DNA of 64,000 nucleotides, taken from assembly GCF_006345805.1 (NCBI RefSeq), contig NC_043020.1, positions 7,750,001 to 7,814,000 of the forward strand. The letters are read 5' to 3'. The notes beneath the pieces were generated by a model, which was given only the letters and a program-made list of their open reading frames with translations, made no database searches and was not told the DNA's origin. Each line of letters begins with the position of its first letter. Position 1 is the first letter of the stretch. The position numbers were made by a program, and so were the translations under genes. Shown here piece after piece: positions 24,213-37,549 of this stretch. Origin of the DNA: Octopus sinensis. Lineage: Eukaryota.

Positions 24213-24374
24213 GGCGTAGGAGTGGCTGTGTGGTTAGTAGCTTGCTTATGAACCACATGGTTCCGGGTTCAGTCCCACTGCGTGGTACCTTGGGCAAGTG
24301 TCTTCTACTATAGCCTTGGGCCAACCAAAGCCTTGTGAGTGGATTTGGTTGACGGAAACTGAAAGAAGCCCGTC

Positions 24375-24422
<48 letters not shown>

Positions 24423-24630
24423 GTTTGTGTGTTTGTCCCTCCAACATCGCTTGACAACTGATGCTGGTGTGTTTACGTCCCCGTAACTTAGTGGTTCGGC
24501 AAAATAGACCGATAGAATAAGTACTGGGCTTACAAAGAATAAGTCCTGCGGTCAATTTGCTCGACTAAAAGGTGGTGCTCCAGCATGGCCACAGTCAAAT
24601 GACTGAAACAAGTAAAAGAGTAAAAGAATA
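24213..24630 (+). mobile_element. SINE family A, full length, adjoining an 11-bp minisatellite (catgcagtaga)
   Basis: Head ggcgtaggagtggctgtgtgg to tail aaagagtaaaagaata. Confidence 0.92.
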
Positions 24631-25426
24631 GTAGACATACAACAGGCATGCTGTAGGCATGCAGTAAGCATGCAGTAGACATGCAGCAGACTTGCAGTAG
24701 ACATATAGTAAACATGCAATAAACTTCAAATTAGAACTTTTCAAAGAATAAATACCAAAAAGTTTCCTCCCCACCACAAAAGAAAAAGGGGTGGGGGGAA
24801 ATGGGAAAAAGTAAGAGGAACAGAGTAAATAACCATCACAGTTTGTAGGAGCAAAGTGTTTTGAGGGAGTTTTTCTTTGAAAGACCAATTCTTGTCATCT
24901 TGGAGGATGTGGTGGAGGGAGAATTTGTGGATGGAAGCTGAAGAGGTCAGTCACATTTCTTAATGTGACAAGGTTTATTGTTAGAGAACTTTGGGTTTAT
25001 AGATTCTAATATCCTACGTCTGTCCATCTGCCACTATCCATTGTGGCCATTGTCTACTGGCCACTGTCCACCTTAGACCACAGAGACACAAAGATACTGA
25101 AGTCTTTTGATGTGATGCTGACATTTCCTCTTGTTTAATTCTGTGGAGAACTTTCTAATGTCTGAGTTGTATTAAGTCTAAAAGTCAGCTACTGATGTTA
25201 GGAAAGTCTTTGGATATATACACACTCATGCCCCCCACCCACCCCTACCATACACACATACAAACATTTATACCAACATACGTGCAAAGTGTGTGTTATT
25301 ATTTGCGTGTGTGTACATATGTGTTTGTGTATATGTGTATCTATCTGTCTGTCTGTATGTAGATATGAATGTCTGTAGATATTTATATATATGTATGTAC
25401 ATGTGTTATGTATATGTATGTGTGTG

Positions 25427-25459
<33 letters not shown>

Positions 25460-25510
25460 ATGTACATGTGTTATGTATATGTATGTAAATATGTGTGTGT
25501 GTATATATAC

Positions 25511-25546
<36 letters not shown>

Positions 25547-26140
25547 CTGTCTGTAGGTATGTATGTGTGTGTGCTGTGGCACAAAGAATTGTTTGAACAA
25601 GAAGCAAAAAAATGTCTTTTTTTCCCCATGATCATGTTTATTGGAAGATGAGAACTTCACAAAAGAATTCTCTGGTTTTCGTGTTTCGAGTCTCTACATA
25701 AAAATGAATTATGTGTAACTCAGAGTAACAATTAGTGAAGTGTTTACTTCCAAGATAAATGACGATTATTTTTTTTACTGATAGTGACTTTGAAGTTTTG
25801 CTGGTCATGGCATGTTCAAATGATCTAAATACAATCATTAGTCAATCAATGCTCATTGCTGTTATGCATGTAAGAACATATATATAAAATCACTATATGT
25901 ATAATTATATGTATGTAAAAACAGTAATATATATATCTGTGTGTGTGTGTATATGTGTGCATATATAAATGTCAAGCAATGAGAATAAGTGCCCAACACC
26001 ACATTGGTGGATAAAATTTTTTTACTTGTGTATTAAGACTATTATGCTTTGAAACTATTTTAATATCTTAACAATTTTTCAAGCTGATCACATGGAGGAA
26101 TGGTGTTCATCTCCATTTTGGACATACCATATGTGTGTGC

Positions 26141-26177
<37 letters not shown>

Positions 26178-26873
26178 CTTAAATGTTGAAGTGAATCGAA
26201 CAGCTTTTGTGTGTTTCTTAAATGGCTTACAAACACCTTCCATGCTGCAATTGTTTTCGTTTCAGCACACGATCTCAGATCAAATCACTTGCTATGCAAG
26301 TACATCTCTGTAATATATATATATATATATATATATAATTGGCATGTTTAAAAGTACATTAGTAAAAAATGTGGTGTTTTCTCTTCCCATTCCTTTCTGT
26401 AGAATGATGTAGGCTCGAAACATTAAAGATTTTTTTCCATTTTTCTTGAGTGTCAAACTAACACACTGTTTGATGTTTCCTTATCTATCTGTGTCTTTTT
26501 TTTGTTTTTGGCATCATTTTGAACCATATATATATATATATATATATATACATACACATAAAAGCCAAGACATAAGGCCTGAAAGACGCACAATATGACA
26601 GTACACCTTTGATGCAAGTCTGATGAAGTGCCTCTCTTATGTCTAAAACTGCAAACATTACATAAATTTTTGCAAATAGTGTTGGTACAGAAACAATTGT
26701 AATAAATCATTAAAAATGTGTTAAAGAATTTTCTTTATCTTATTATTTGGATTACACACAGACACACACAAATAAAGGAAACAGAAAATGATTCCTGATA
26801 AACTTCTCTTTATCATTGTCAGAACCTCTTATATTGTCTAATGACAGGAGAGTCCATCATATATATATATATA

Positions 26874-27080
26874 TAGTTAATCCAAACAAGAAAACACAAA
26901 AAACACAGCAACGCGAGGACGTGGAACAAATAAAGTATTATTGGACGCTCAGGAAAGAAGGGAAGAAGGAGGGTTTAACTTTTCGAGCGGAGCTCTTCGT
27001 CGGAAACAAAGGAGAAGGAAAGATCCCGAGAAGGGAAGACAGAGGAAAAAAAATTGCTGGCGGTGCTCACGAGGCCACAT
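26874..27080 (-). mobile_element. (TA)n-flanked Penelope-like short element with decayed CCGACGA hammerhead-like motif
   Basis: Reverse complement of 62058-62510 without the SINE insertion. Confidence 0.7.
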
Positions 27081-27529
27081 ATATATATATACATATATAT
27101 ATATATTATATATATATATATATATAGAATTAGTATTTGCATGTTGACTTTGAGCAACTATTAAATGTTCATTTGTTATTACAAAAAATTATGCCTTATT
27201 AAAACTGAGCCTTAATTTTAATTAAAGCCTCCACCAAATGAGCAATGTCAGAGACATTTCAAACACTATTATGAAACAAATATGCCAATAAATAAACACC
27301 AAAACTACTAAAACAAAAATCCAACCAGAATATTGTAACAGTCTCTGCTTTATTGAATTCCCTCCGACCTTCGAGGATTTTCTAAAGATACTTTCTTGAC
27401 AACAAACTGATCAAATGCTATCTCTTCTGTACAAAACTGTTAAGATTTTCATTGTAGATGGAATGAAAATATTTCAAAACACTGCACAAGACAAAAATTA
27501 TTCACTCTCCTCTCTCTCTCTCTCTCTCT

Positions 27530-27620
27530 TGTTCTCTCTCTCTTGCTCTCCCCTCTCTTGCTCTCCCCTCTCTTGCTCTCCCCTCTCTTGCTCTCCTCTC
27601 TCTTGCTCTCCTCTCTCTCT
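27530..27620. repeat. 15-bp pyrimidine minisatellite (ctcttgctctcccct)n
   Basis: About 5 copies. Confidence 0.9.
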
Positions 27621-27765
27621 ATTGCTCTCCCCCTCTCTCTCTCCCTGACACTCTGTCTGTCTCTCTATCTCTCTGCTTTCTTTTACATATTTTCTATTTT
27701 TTATATAGTTTTTTTTCATATATATCTGTCAAGTACTAGCTGTATACCTGTCTGTCTGTCAGTCA

Positions 27766-27796
<31 letters not shown>

Positions 27797-28139
27797 TTCT
27801 GTTTTTCTTTTACTCTTCTTTTACATATATTTTGTATTTTATAGTTATTTACATATATTTGTAAAGAACTCTCTGTCCACTCCTCTATCCTTCTATCTAC
27901 CTATCAGTCTGTCTTTTATTCATTCTGTCCCTTCTTTCTGAATCCCTGTCCTTTATTTTTCTCATTGTCTTTTCCTTTTCTTTCACTGTGTTTACTTTTG
28001 TTGCTTCCTATTCTTTTCTGTCCTTCCTTTTCCATCTTCTCTTTCTATCCTTTCATACTGTCCTGTTTCTTTTTCTATCCATCTTTTCTGTTCTTTTCTC
28101 TGTATCTTCTCTCAGTCCTTTATATCCATCCATTTTGTC

Positions 28140-29540
28140 TTTTCTGTCCTTCTAATACTTCCCATATGTCCTTCCTTTCTATCCTTCCATTATGTTATTT
28201 CTGTCTATCCTTTCTGTTTGTTCTGTCCTTCCAATACTTCCCATATGTCTTTCCTTTCTATCCTTCCATTATGTTATTTCTGTCTATCCTTTCATTCATT
28301 CTGTCCTTGCAATACTTCCCATATGTCCTTCCTTTCTATCCTTCCATTATGTTATTTCTGTCTATCCTTTCTGTTTGTTCTGTCCTTGCAATACTTCCCA
28401 TATGTCCTTCCTTTCTATCCTTCCATTATGTTATTTCTGTCTATCCTTTCTGTTTGTTCTGTCCTTGCAATACTTCCCATATGTCCTTCCTTTCTATCCT
28501 TCCATTATGTTATTTCTGTCTATCCTTTCTGTTTGTTCTGTCCTTGCAATACTTCCCATATGTCCTTCCTTTCTATCCTTCCATTATGTTATTTCTGTCT
28601 ATCCTTTCATTCATTCTGTCCTTGCAATACTTCCCATATGTCCTTCCTTTCTATCCTTCCATTATGTTATTTCTGTCTATCCTTTCATTCATTCTGTCCT
28701 TGCAATACTTCCCATATGTCCTTCCTTTCTATCCTTCCATTATGTTATTTCTGTCTATCCTTTCTGTTTGTTCTGTCCTTGCAATACTTCCCATATGTCC
28801 TTCCTTTCTATCCTTCCATTATGTTATTTCTGTCTATCCTTTCATTCATTCTGTCCTTGCAATACTTCCCATATGTCCTTCCTTTCTATCCTTCCATTAT
28901 GTTATTTCTGTCTATCCTTTCTGTTTGTTCTGTCCTTGCAATACTTCCCATATGTCCTTCCTTTCTATCCTTCCATTATGTTATTTCTGTCTATCCTTTC
29001 ATTCATTCTGTCCTTGCAATACTTCCCATATGTCCTTCCTTTCTATCCTTCCATTATGTTATTTCTGTCTATCCTTTCATTCATTCTGTCTTTGCAATAC
29101 TTCCCATATGTCCTTCCTTTCTATCCTTCCATTATGTTATTTCTGTCTATCCTTTCATTCATTCTGTCTTTGCAATACTTCCCATATGTCCTTCCTTTCT
29201 ATCCTTCCATTATGTTATTTCTGTCTATCCTTTCATTCATTCTGTCCTTGCAATACTTCCCATATGTCCTTCCTTTCTATCCTTCCATTATGTTATTTCT
29301 GTCTATCCTTTCATTCATTCTGTCTTTGCAATACTTCCCAGTCTTCCTTTCTATCCTTAATCCCTATCCTTTCTTCTTCTTCTATCCTATCCTTCCTTTA
29401 TCCTTCCATTATGTTATTTCTGTCTATCCTTTCATTCATTCTGTCCTTGCAATACTTCCCATATGTCCTTCCTTTCTATCCTTCCATTATGTTCTGTCTG
29501 TCTATCCTTTCTGACCGTTCTGTCCTTCCAGTACTTCCCA
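28140..29540. repeat. 78/79-bp minisatellite, about 17 copies, strongly pyrimidine-biased
   Basis: Unit ccttgcaatacttcccatatgtccttcctttctatccttccattatgttatttctgtctatccttt + cattcattctgt (78) or ctgtttgttctgt (79). Confidence 0.95.
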
Positions 29541-30359
29541 TATGTCCATCCTCGCTTTTCTTCCTTCATATTCTTTCTATCTGTCTTTCCTATTCATTCT
29601 ATTCTTCCAATAACTTCCTGTCTGTCTGTCCTTCCCATCTGTCCTTTACAATAGTTATGGCCATAGTTTCTTACCAATTTTTTATTCTATTCTTTCTCTC
29701 TATTATTTCCATTAGATTCTTTCAACTTTCTTATTTCCTTTGTTTTTAAAGAGATTATTTTCATTTGTTGCTGACGTTGTTGTTGTTGTAGGATGAGACT
29801 TTTAAGAACAATAATTTTCTTGAGTAGGTTTTTAATATTTGAAAGTTTTTGTTAAAAAAAAAGGCCTTATAACCCCCCCCCCGTCTCCCCATCTTTCTTT
29901 GTTGTTGCTGTTGTTGTCTCAGTTATGAATGTATTTATTTATTTATTTATTTATTTATTTATTTCCTCTTTAAAAAGAAAAAAAATAACAAACACCAACT
30001 AAAATTACAAAATAAAGCAATATTATTTATGGACTTAGCGTTTTAGGCTTTTGTTTTTTTTTTTTTTACTAGTTTTCACTTTTTTTTTTTATTAGTTTTC
30101 CGCTATTTTTTTTTTTTTATTAGTTTGTTTCACTTTCATGGTAAACATGTTCTCTTTGAACGATGACTTTGAACGATGAAACAGCAAAAGAAAAAAAAAA
30201 CAAAAAAAAAAACAAAATCCAATAGGAAATAAAGAAAAACAGAATGAAAATAATAACAACAACAATAATAATGATATTTCTCCCCTCTTTAAAAAGAAAA
30301 ATGAAATAAAACAAAAAAAATACAAAGCAAAGAGAAGAACCAACCTAGCATGAATTAAA

Positions 30360-30391
<32 letters not shown>

Positions 30392-31345
30392 TTTCCTACA
30401 AGCAAAAGGGCCAAACTTGGAAATTGTTATACAATAATTCTTGGCAATTTTAATCTTTTTTTTTGTTTGTTTATCTGTTAGATCTCTCATTCGTTGTATT
30501 AAATACAAAGAGAGAAAGTGAGTCTGTGAGTGGGTGGGAGTAGGCCAGGTTGGGGTACAGGTCGAGTGAATTGAGGATGGAAATATCTTAGTAGGCATTT
30601 ATATATTTTCTTTAACATTTTTCTTGTTTTTTTTCGTAGTAAATTTATCTGTTTTATTTTTGGTTTTTTTTTTTTTTGCAAAGATCATAGTCAACCGAAA
30701 AGTGATGGGTTAAAGTGGTTAAATGTGGCTAATGGAGCAGGATTAAGAAAGAGAACAGAACACAAAAACGTCCACACACATACACACACATGCATAAAAG
30801 GAGAAAAAAAAGACCCCAGAACTGTCATTAACTTGTTAAAAGCCATGATTGTGTTAAGTGTATTGGTGAGCATGTATGTATGTGTATTTTACTAGCCTTC
30901 GTTAAGTTATGCACTCTACTTAGCTTATCTCTGGTTGACCCCTTGCTATGAAATAATTAGCAACTTTTACTCCATGTTTATATTTTAACAATCTTTCAAT
31001 CAATACTTCTGAAAGCTGATAGAAATGGTGAAGTGATGTTCTGTTCTGTTCTGTTTTGAAACTGTGTATCTGTGGCTTACAGCATTTAGGTGCCAATATT
31101 CTTTTATATTCTCAGTTCAAGTCATGCTTGTGTTGATTTTTGTATTCATCAGGTTTGTCCCTCTCCATCATACATTAACCTCTCAACAACACCTGGCATA
31201 AAGCCACTACCCCTCTTGTTACATACTCCCTGCCCCCTCCACACTTAGTTGGCAGGGCTTTTTCATTTTTCTTTACCTGTTTTGCTAGTTACTTGGTGAC
31301 TTCACTGGTGCTGGTGGCACAAACAAAAAGCACTCAGTACTTACT

Positions 31346-32195
31346 AGAACTGGCAGAAACGTTGGCATGCCGGGTGAAATGCTTAGCGGTATTTTGTCGG
31401 CGAGCTGGCAGAAACGTTAGCACGCCGGGCGAAATGCGTAGCCGTATTTCGTCTGCGTTACGTTGTGAGTTCAAATTCCGCCGAGGTCGACTTTACTTTT
31501 CATCCTTTCGGGATCGATAAATTAAGTACCAGTTACGCACTGGAGTCGATGTAATTGACTTATTACCTATGTCTGTCCTTGTTTGTCCCCTCTGTGTTTA
31601 GCCCCTTGTGGGTAATAAAGAAATAGAAATAGGTATTTTGTCGGCAGTTACATTCTGAGTTTAAATTCCGCCGAGGTCGACTTTGCTTTTCATCCTTTCG
31701 GGATCGATAAATTAAGTACCAGTTACGCACTGGGGTCGATGTAATTGACTTATTACCTATGTCTGTCCTTGTTTGTCCCCTCTGTGTTTAGCCCCTTGTG
31801 GGTAATAAAGAAATAGAAATAGGTATTTTGTCGGCAGTTACATTCTGAGTTTAAATTCCGCCGAGGTCGACTTTGCTTTTCATCCTTTCGGGATCGATAA
31901 ATTAAGTACCAGTTACGCACTGGGGTCGATGTAATTGACTTATTACCTATGTCTGTCCTTGTTTGTCTCCTCTGTGTTTAGCCCCTTGTGGGTAATAAAG
32001 AAATAGAAATAGGTATTTTGTCGGCAGTTACATTCTGAGTTCAAATTCCGCCGAGGTCGATGTTGCCTTTCATCCTTTCGGGGTCGATAAATTAAGTACC
32101 AGTTACGCACTGGGGTCGATGTAATCGACTTAATACCTATGTCTGTCCTTGTTTGTCCCCTCTATGTTTAGCCCCTTGTGGGTAATAAAGAAATA
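31346..32195 (+). mobile_element. SINE B inserted in SINE B, followed by 190-bp tandem amplification
   Basis: Doubled head; 14-bp TSD ggtattttgtcggc (31388, 31632); units start at 31631, 31821, 32011. Confidence 0.9.
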
Positions 32196-32429
32196 TGTAT
32201 AGTGGTTGATGTTAGGAAGAATATCCAGCTATAGAAATCATATCAAAGCTGACAATGGACCTCAGCACTGCCCTGTGCCTCACTGGATCCTATCAACCCA
32301 TTCAGCCCATGGTAAACAGATGTTAAATGATGATTATGATGAGGGCTGGGGCAAGTCAGCAGATGAAAAGCCTTTTGATAAAGACCAATCTGGTTTTTAT
32401 ACAAAACTTCTCATTTTAAAATGAACTGC

Positions 32430-32800
32430 ATGGTTTTGGTCTCAATCCTACTGCATGGCACTTTGGGTAAGTGGCCCTGGGCCAGCGCAATTATAGTAAG
32501 AAGACTTATGAGTGGATTTGATAGACAAACTGAAAGGAGCCCATTGAGTATGTTGTGTGTGTGTGTTAGTGTCTCCTTGTCTTGATATTTTGTGAAAGTT
32601 GTAAATGAGTGTCACTGTCATACAAGCAGTGTCTTTCGTTTCTAGTATTTTGTGGAAACATGTTTGGTCATGAGGAAATATTGCTTTGCTTGGAAACAGG
32701 TGAGGATTGGTGACAAGAAGGGCATCAGGCTGAGGAGAACCTGCTTCTGTGAATCCCATGCAGGCATGGAAAAGTGGATGTTAAAATAATAATGATGATA
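32430..32800 (+). mobile_element. SINE A2 (A head plus RTE-type tail)
   Basis: As 4293-4677. Confidence 0.75.
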
Positions 32801-32802
32801 TA

Positions 32803-33216
32803 GGCACAGGAGTGGCTGTGTGGTAAGTTATTTGCCTACCAACCACATGGTTCCGGGTACAGTCCCACTGCGTGGCACCTTGGGCAAGTGTCTTCTGCTA
32901 TAGCCTCGGGCTGACCAATGCCTTGTGAGTGGATTTGGTAGACGGAAACTGAAAGAAGCCTGTCGTATATATGTATATATATATATGTATGTGTATGTAT
33001 ATGTTTGTGTGTCTGTGTTTGTCCCTCTAGCATTGCTTGACAACCGATGCTGGTGTGTTTACGCCCCCGTCACTTAGCGGTTCGGCAAAAGAGACCGATA
33101 GAATAAGTACTGGGCTTACAAAGAATAAGTCCCGGGGGTCGATTTGCTCGACTAAAGGCGGTGCTCCAGCATGGCCGCAGTCAAATGACTGAAACAAGTA
33201 AAAGAGTAAAAGAGTA
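32803..33216 (+). mobile_element. SINE family A, full length, young
   Basis: Near-consensus head, CORE-like segment and tail. Confidence 0.92.
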
Positions 33217-33495
33217 TAATTAAGTATTTAATGTATGTGTGTAAATAAGTTGTTTACTCTCTATCCAACTTCTGATAATGGTGTGCTTGTGTGTGTGTGT
33301 GTGTGTGTGTGTGATTTATTAATTCTTTGTTTACGATTCTGCCAACACATATATCTTAGTTCTACCATTATTCCGACAAACATATTTCCTCTGAAAGATT
33401 CTCAGGATATTTACTGGAGATTATGGAACAAAGAAGAAAGAAAAAACAGAAAAGAAACTTGTAGCTACATCAATAACAATGGTAGTGGTGGTGGT

Positions 33496-33531
33496 AGTAG
33501 TGTCACTACTACTACTACTACTACTACCACC

Positions 33532-33593
<62 letters not shown>

Positions 33594-33827
33594 CACCACC
33601 ACCACCACTACTACTACACCACCACCACCACCACCACCACCACTACTACTACTACTACCACCACCACCACCACCACCACCACCACCACCACCACCACCAC
33701 TACTACCACCACCACCACCACCACCACCACACTACTACTACCTACTACTACCACCACCACCACCACCACCACCACTACTACTACTACTACCACCACCACC
33801 ACCACCACCACTACTACTACTACCACC

Positions 33828-33868
<41 letters not shown>

Positions 33869-34055
33869 CACTACTACTACTAATACTACTACCACCACCA
33901 CCACCACCACCACTACTACTACTACCACCACCACCGCTACTACTACTAATACTACTACCACCACCACCACCACCACCACTACTACTACTACCACCACCAC
34001 CACCACCGCTACTACTACTACCACCACCACCACCACCACCACCACTGCTACTGCT
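33496..34055. repeat. Mosaic (ACT)n/(ACC)n trinucleotide array, about 560 bp
   Basis: Direct inspection; source of the spurious poly-T/P/L ORF. Confidence 0.95.
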
Positions 34056-34127
34056 GCTGTTGCTTGTATTGGTGATGATGTAATGGTGGTGGTGGTTTTG
34101 GGGAGAATGTTACTGTTATTGTTGGCA

Positions 34128-34161
<34 letters not shown>

Positions 34162-34480
34162 AGCTTATGATAAGGAACATGGAACTATTGCGATTTAACT
34201 TGACGTGTTGGGATGACTATTTGATGGTGGAGGGGCTGACTATTTGATGCCTATGTTGATGATGATGATGATGGAATGATTGTATGTGGGTGCTGATGGA
34301 TGGAAGTGATGGCAAGGATGGTGATGAAGCTTAGAATTATGTTGATAATGATGATGCTTATGTAGGTGGTGGAGTGGAAGTGGGAGAAAACGACACTGCT
34401 GCTGCTTATGTGATGGTGGTGATGGTTGTGATAGAATGGTTGTAGTTACTAACAAGGAGCATAATAGCGATGACAGAGAT

Positions 34481-34690
34481 GGTGGCAGAAACGTCAGCAC
34501 GCTGGGTGAAATGCTTAGCAGTATTTCATCTGTCTTTACATTCTGAGTTCAAATTCCGCCAAGGTCGACTTTGCCTTTTATCCTTTCAGGGTTGATAAAT
34601 TAAGTACCAGTTGCATACTGGGGTTGATCTAATTGATTTGCCCACTTCCCCAAAATTTCGGGCCTTATGCTTAAAGTAGAAAAGAAAAGA
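34481..34690 (+). mobile_element. SINE family B
   Basis: Family B body and tail; flanks share agagatggt(g/a)gca. Confidence 0.85.
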
Positions 34691-36395
34691 AAGAGATGGT
34701 AGCAATGTTGAATATGATGATGATGGTCACATTGATGACAGAGGTGGCGATGATAATGCTGAAAGTGATGACATATCCCAGTGTTAATGATGATTAGATT
34801 ACCTAATCTAATTCTACTCCATAAGACTATTGCAGTTGTAATTTCATTTCCATTCTTATTAATTTCACTTGATTTTATTCAGCCATTGGCCTCTCTCATA
34901 TTTTATCTGCTACTGACCTCACCAACATTTTATCCACACTCTGGCTTGTAGTGCTCAAGCATAGCGACTGATTAAAAAAAAAGGTTGTCTCTTGCCAAGC
35001 CAATAAGTTATGGGGACATAAACCACACACACACACACACATATATAGATATATATGATGGGATTGTTTCAGTTTCTGTCTACCAAATCCACTAAAAAGG
35101 TTTTGGTCAACCTGTGGCTACATTAGAAGACACTTGCCCAAGGTGTCATGCAGTGGGGCTAAACCCAGAACCTTGTGGTTGCGAAGCAAACTTCTTACCA
35201 CAGTGATTCAAGGTCAAAGTGATTGAAACATACTTCTTCAGTTTGTTGTATTCACCACAGCCAAGACCATTCTGGAGCATTATATATAAATTAAAAACAA
35301 AAATGATTCTTTTCTAAAGATGAAGTTATTAGTCTGAAAAATAATAATCTCAGCTCAGACATTTTGAGATTTAATAATTCATTATTTGTTTGTTTGTTTT
35401 ATAATTAAGACTAAAATAAAATGTCTGAATGAATCAATGAATAACAGGAGTCTCTGCTTTTATGTCTCTCAAACTGTTCAAACTGTTAACCTTTTTCAGT
35501 TAATGTAGCTGCTATGTTAGGTCATGACTTCCAGAACCTATGGGGAATTTATTGAAAAGGGTCTAGCATCTGATCCAGGGAGATACTTTGCTACCAAACT
35601 AGTGAGAAAACCTCTGTATGGTTCATAACCTATTAGGAGTAGCAACCAGATCGCCTTCAAAGTGCACCTTACTATCTTAAAAAAAGAAAAAGCAGGGCAC
35701 ATGGGATAATTTAGTTACACCCATACACAATAACACACAATTTCATGGCTGGAGTGCCTTCATCATATCTCTGCTCAATGAAAGCTGATCTGGGGCTAAA
35801 CAATGATGCTATACCACCAGCAACAACAACAATACTTTCTGAAAGAACTCCAGTAGTTTATGAAATGATTTATATATATATATATATATATAATATGTTG
35901 TGTGTGTGTTTTTAAACAAAGTAAGATTGAACTTGTGACCTCATGATTGTGAAGAAAACTTCTAAATCACTCAGCCATGCAATCTCATCAAGGCAAAAAA
36001 AGACCTACATTCTCAAGATGTGTACCGTTTGCCCTATACACACCCACAAGCATAAACACTCACACACTTGCATATTCACACACATAATGTTTTCTTAGTA
36101 AGATATCCTCATTAATCTCCTGTAATAATTGAGGGTATCAGAATACTATGAATGGGTGTATATATCATCATCCTCATCATCATATGCTGGTATGGGGTGG
36201 ATGGTTTGACTGAAAACTGATATATGTGAATATATATATATATATAGTATATATATATTATATATATATAAATAATTGAAATTTATAGAAAACCACAAGA
36301 GAAAGACAGGTGTATGAACAACAAGCAAGTGTATTAGTTTGATGCTTGGGAAAATGATAAAGTCTTTTATGTTTTCAGCCTATGTTCTTCAACAG

Positions 36396-36750
36396 GATGT
36401 ACATGTGAAGGTGCATGGCTCAGTGGTTAGAGCGTCGATTTTACGATCGTGAGGTTGTGAGCTCGAATCCCGGACCGGGCTGCATGTTGTGTTCTTGAGC
36501 AAGTCACTTTATTTCACGTTGCTCCAGTTCACTCAGCTGTAGAAATGAGTTGCGACGTCACAGGTGCCAAGCTGTATCGGCCCCTTTGCCTTTCCCTTGG
36601 GCAACATCGGTGACGTGGAGAGGGGAGGCCGGTATGCATGGGCGACTACTGGTCTTCCATAAAACAACCTTGCCCAGACTCGTGCCTCAGAGGGTAACTC
36701 TCTAGGTGCAAACCCATGGTCAGTGTCTGACCGAAGGAGGTCACCACCAT
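36396..36750 (+). mobile_element. tRNA-derived SINE family D (V/CORE-like body)
   Basis: A box tggctcagtgg, B box ctcgaatcc, ttgagcaagtcac..ctccagttcactcagctgt; 9-bp TSD cttcaacag. Confidence 0.8.
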
Positions 36751-37168
36751 CTTCAACAGAAAGGAATAAGAGAAAATAAACAGAGAGAATGAAAAAAAAA
36801 CTTGTAAATCTAGTGCTCAAGCATAGCGACTGATCAGAAAAATGTTTGAATGAAGAGGTTGGAAGAAAGGGAGATAATAAAGTAATGGTGATCCCATATG
36901 AAAGTGTGCGTGCATGTATATGTATGTGAGAATGGTGTGTATGGGTGGGCATGTGTGTGTGTGTAAGTAATGTGGCTGCTCATATAGTGGTATGTGTGGG
37001 ATGCTATTGTAGATGATGGTGTGTGGTGTGGGTGCTAGGAAGTGGTCAGTGCTAGTGTGTGTGGAGTGTTGTGGGGTATGTGGCGGTAGGGTGTATGTGT
37101 GGGGTATTAATGAAAATTATATACATATAAAACAGTTCACAATATTCTGCTCATGTTTTAACTTGACA

Positions 37169-37209
<41 letters not shown>

Positions 37210-37492
37210 ACTCTCTGTCTGTCTGTCTGTCTCTCTCTCTCTCCTGAATAAATAAATTTGAAAGCGATTCTAATGACAGTTACTGAAACAAAACATATTT
37301 CTGCTATTGTGTGTCATCACTACCGTTTTAATGTCCACTTCTCCATGCTCACATCGACAGCTCAGACAGGATTTACTGAAGCTGATTTTTGAGGGTCAGA
37401 TGCCCTTCCTGTTGCCAGACATGTTTTCATGGAAGATTGGAAATGAGAGATGACATCTGTATGACAATGTATGTGTCTATAGTTTCTACACA

Positions 37493-37549
<57 letters not shown>

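Noticed and set aside
26620-26670. CTGATGAA as another hammerhead
   Set aside because: No GAAA core or pairing stems downstream
27965-29749. 594-aa ORF as a membrane protein gene
   Set aside because: Coincides with the 78/79-bp minisatellite and is open in three frames owing to base composition
33235-34180. Poly-T/P/L, poly-H and poly-V ORFs
   Set aside because: Translations of the ACT/ACC array on both strands
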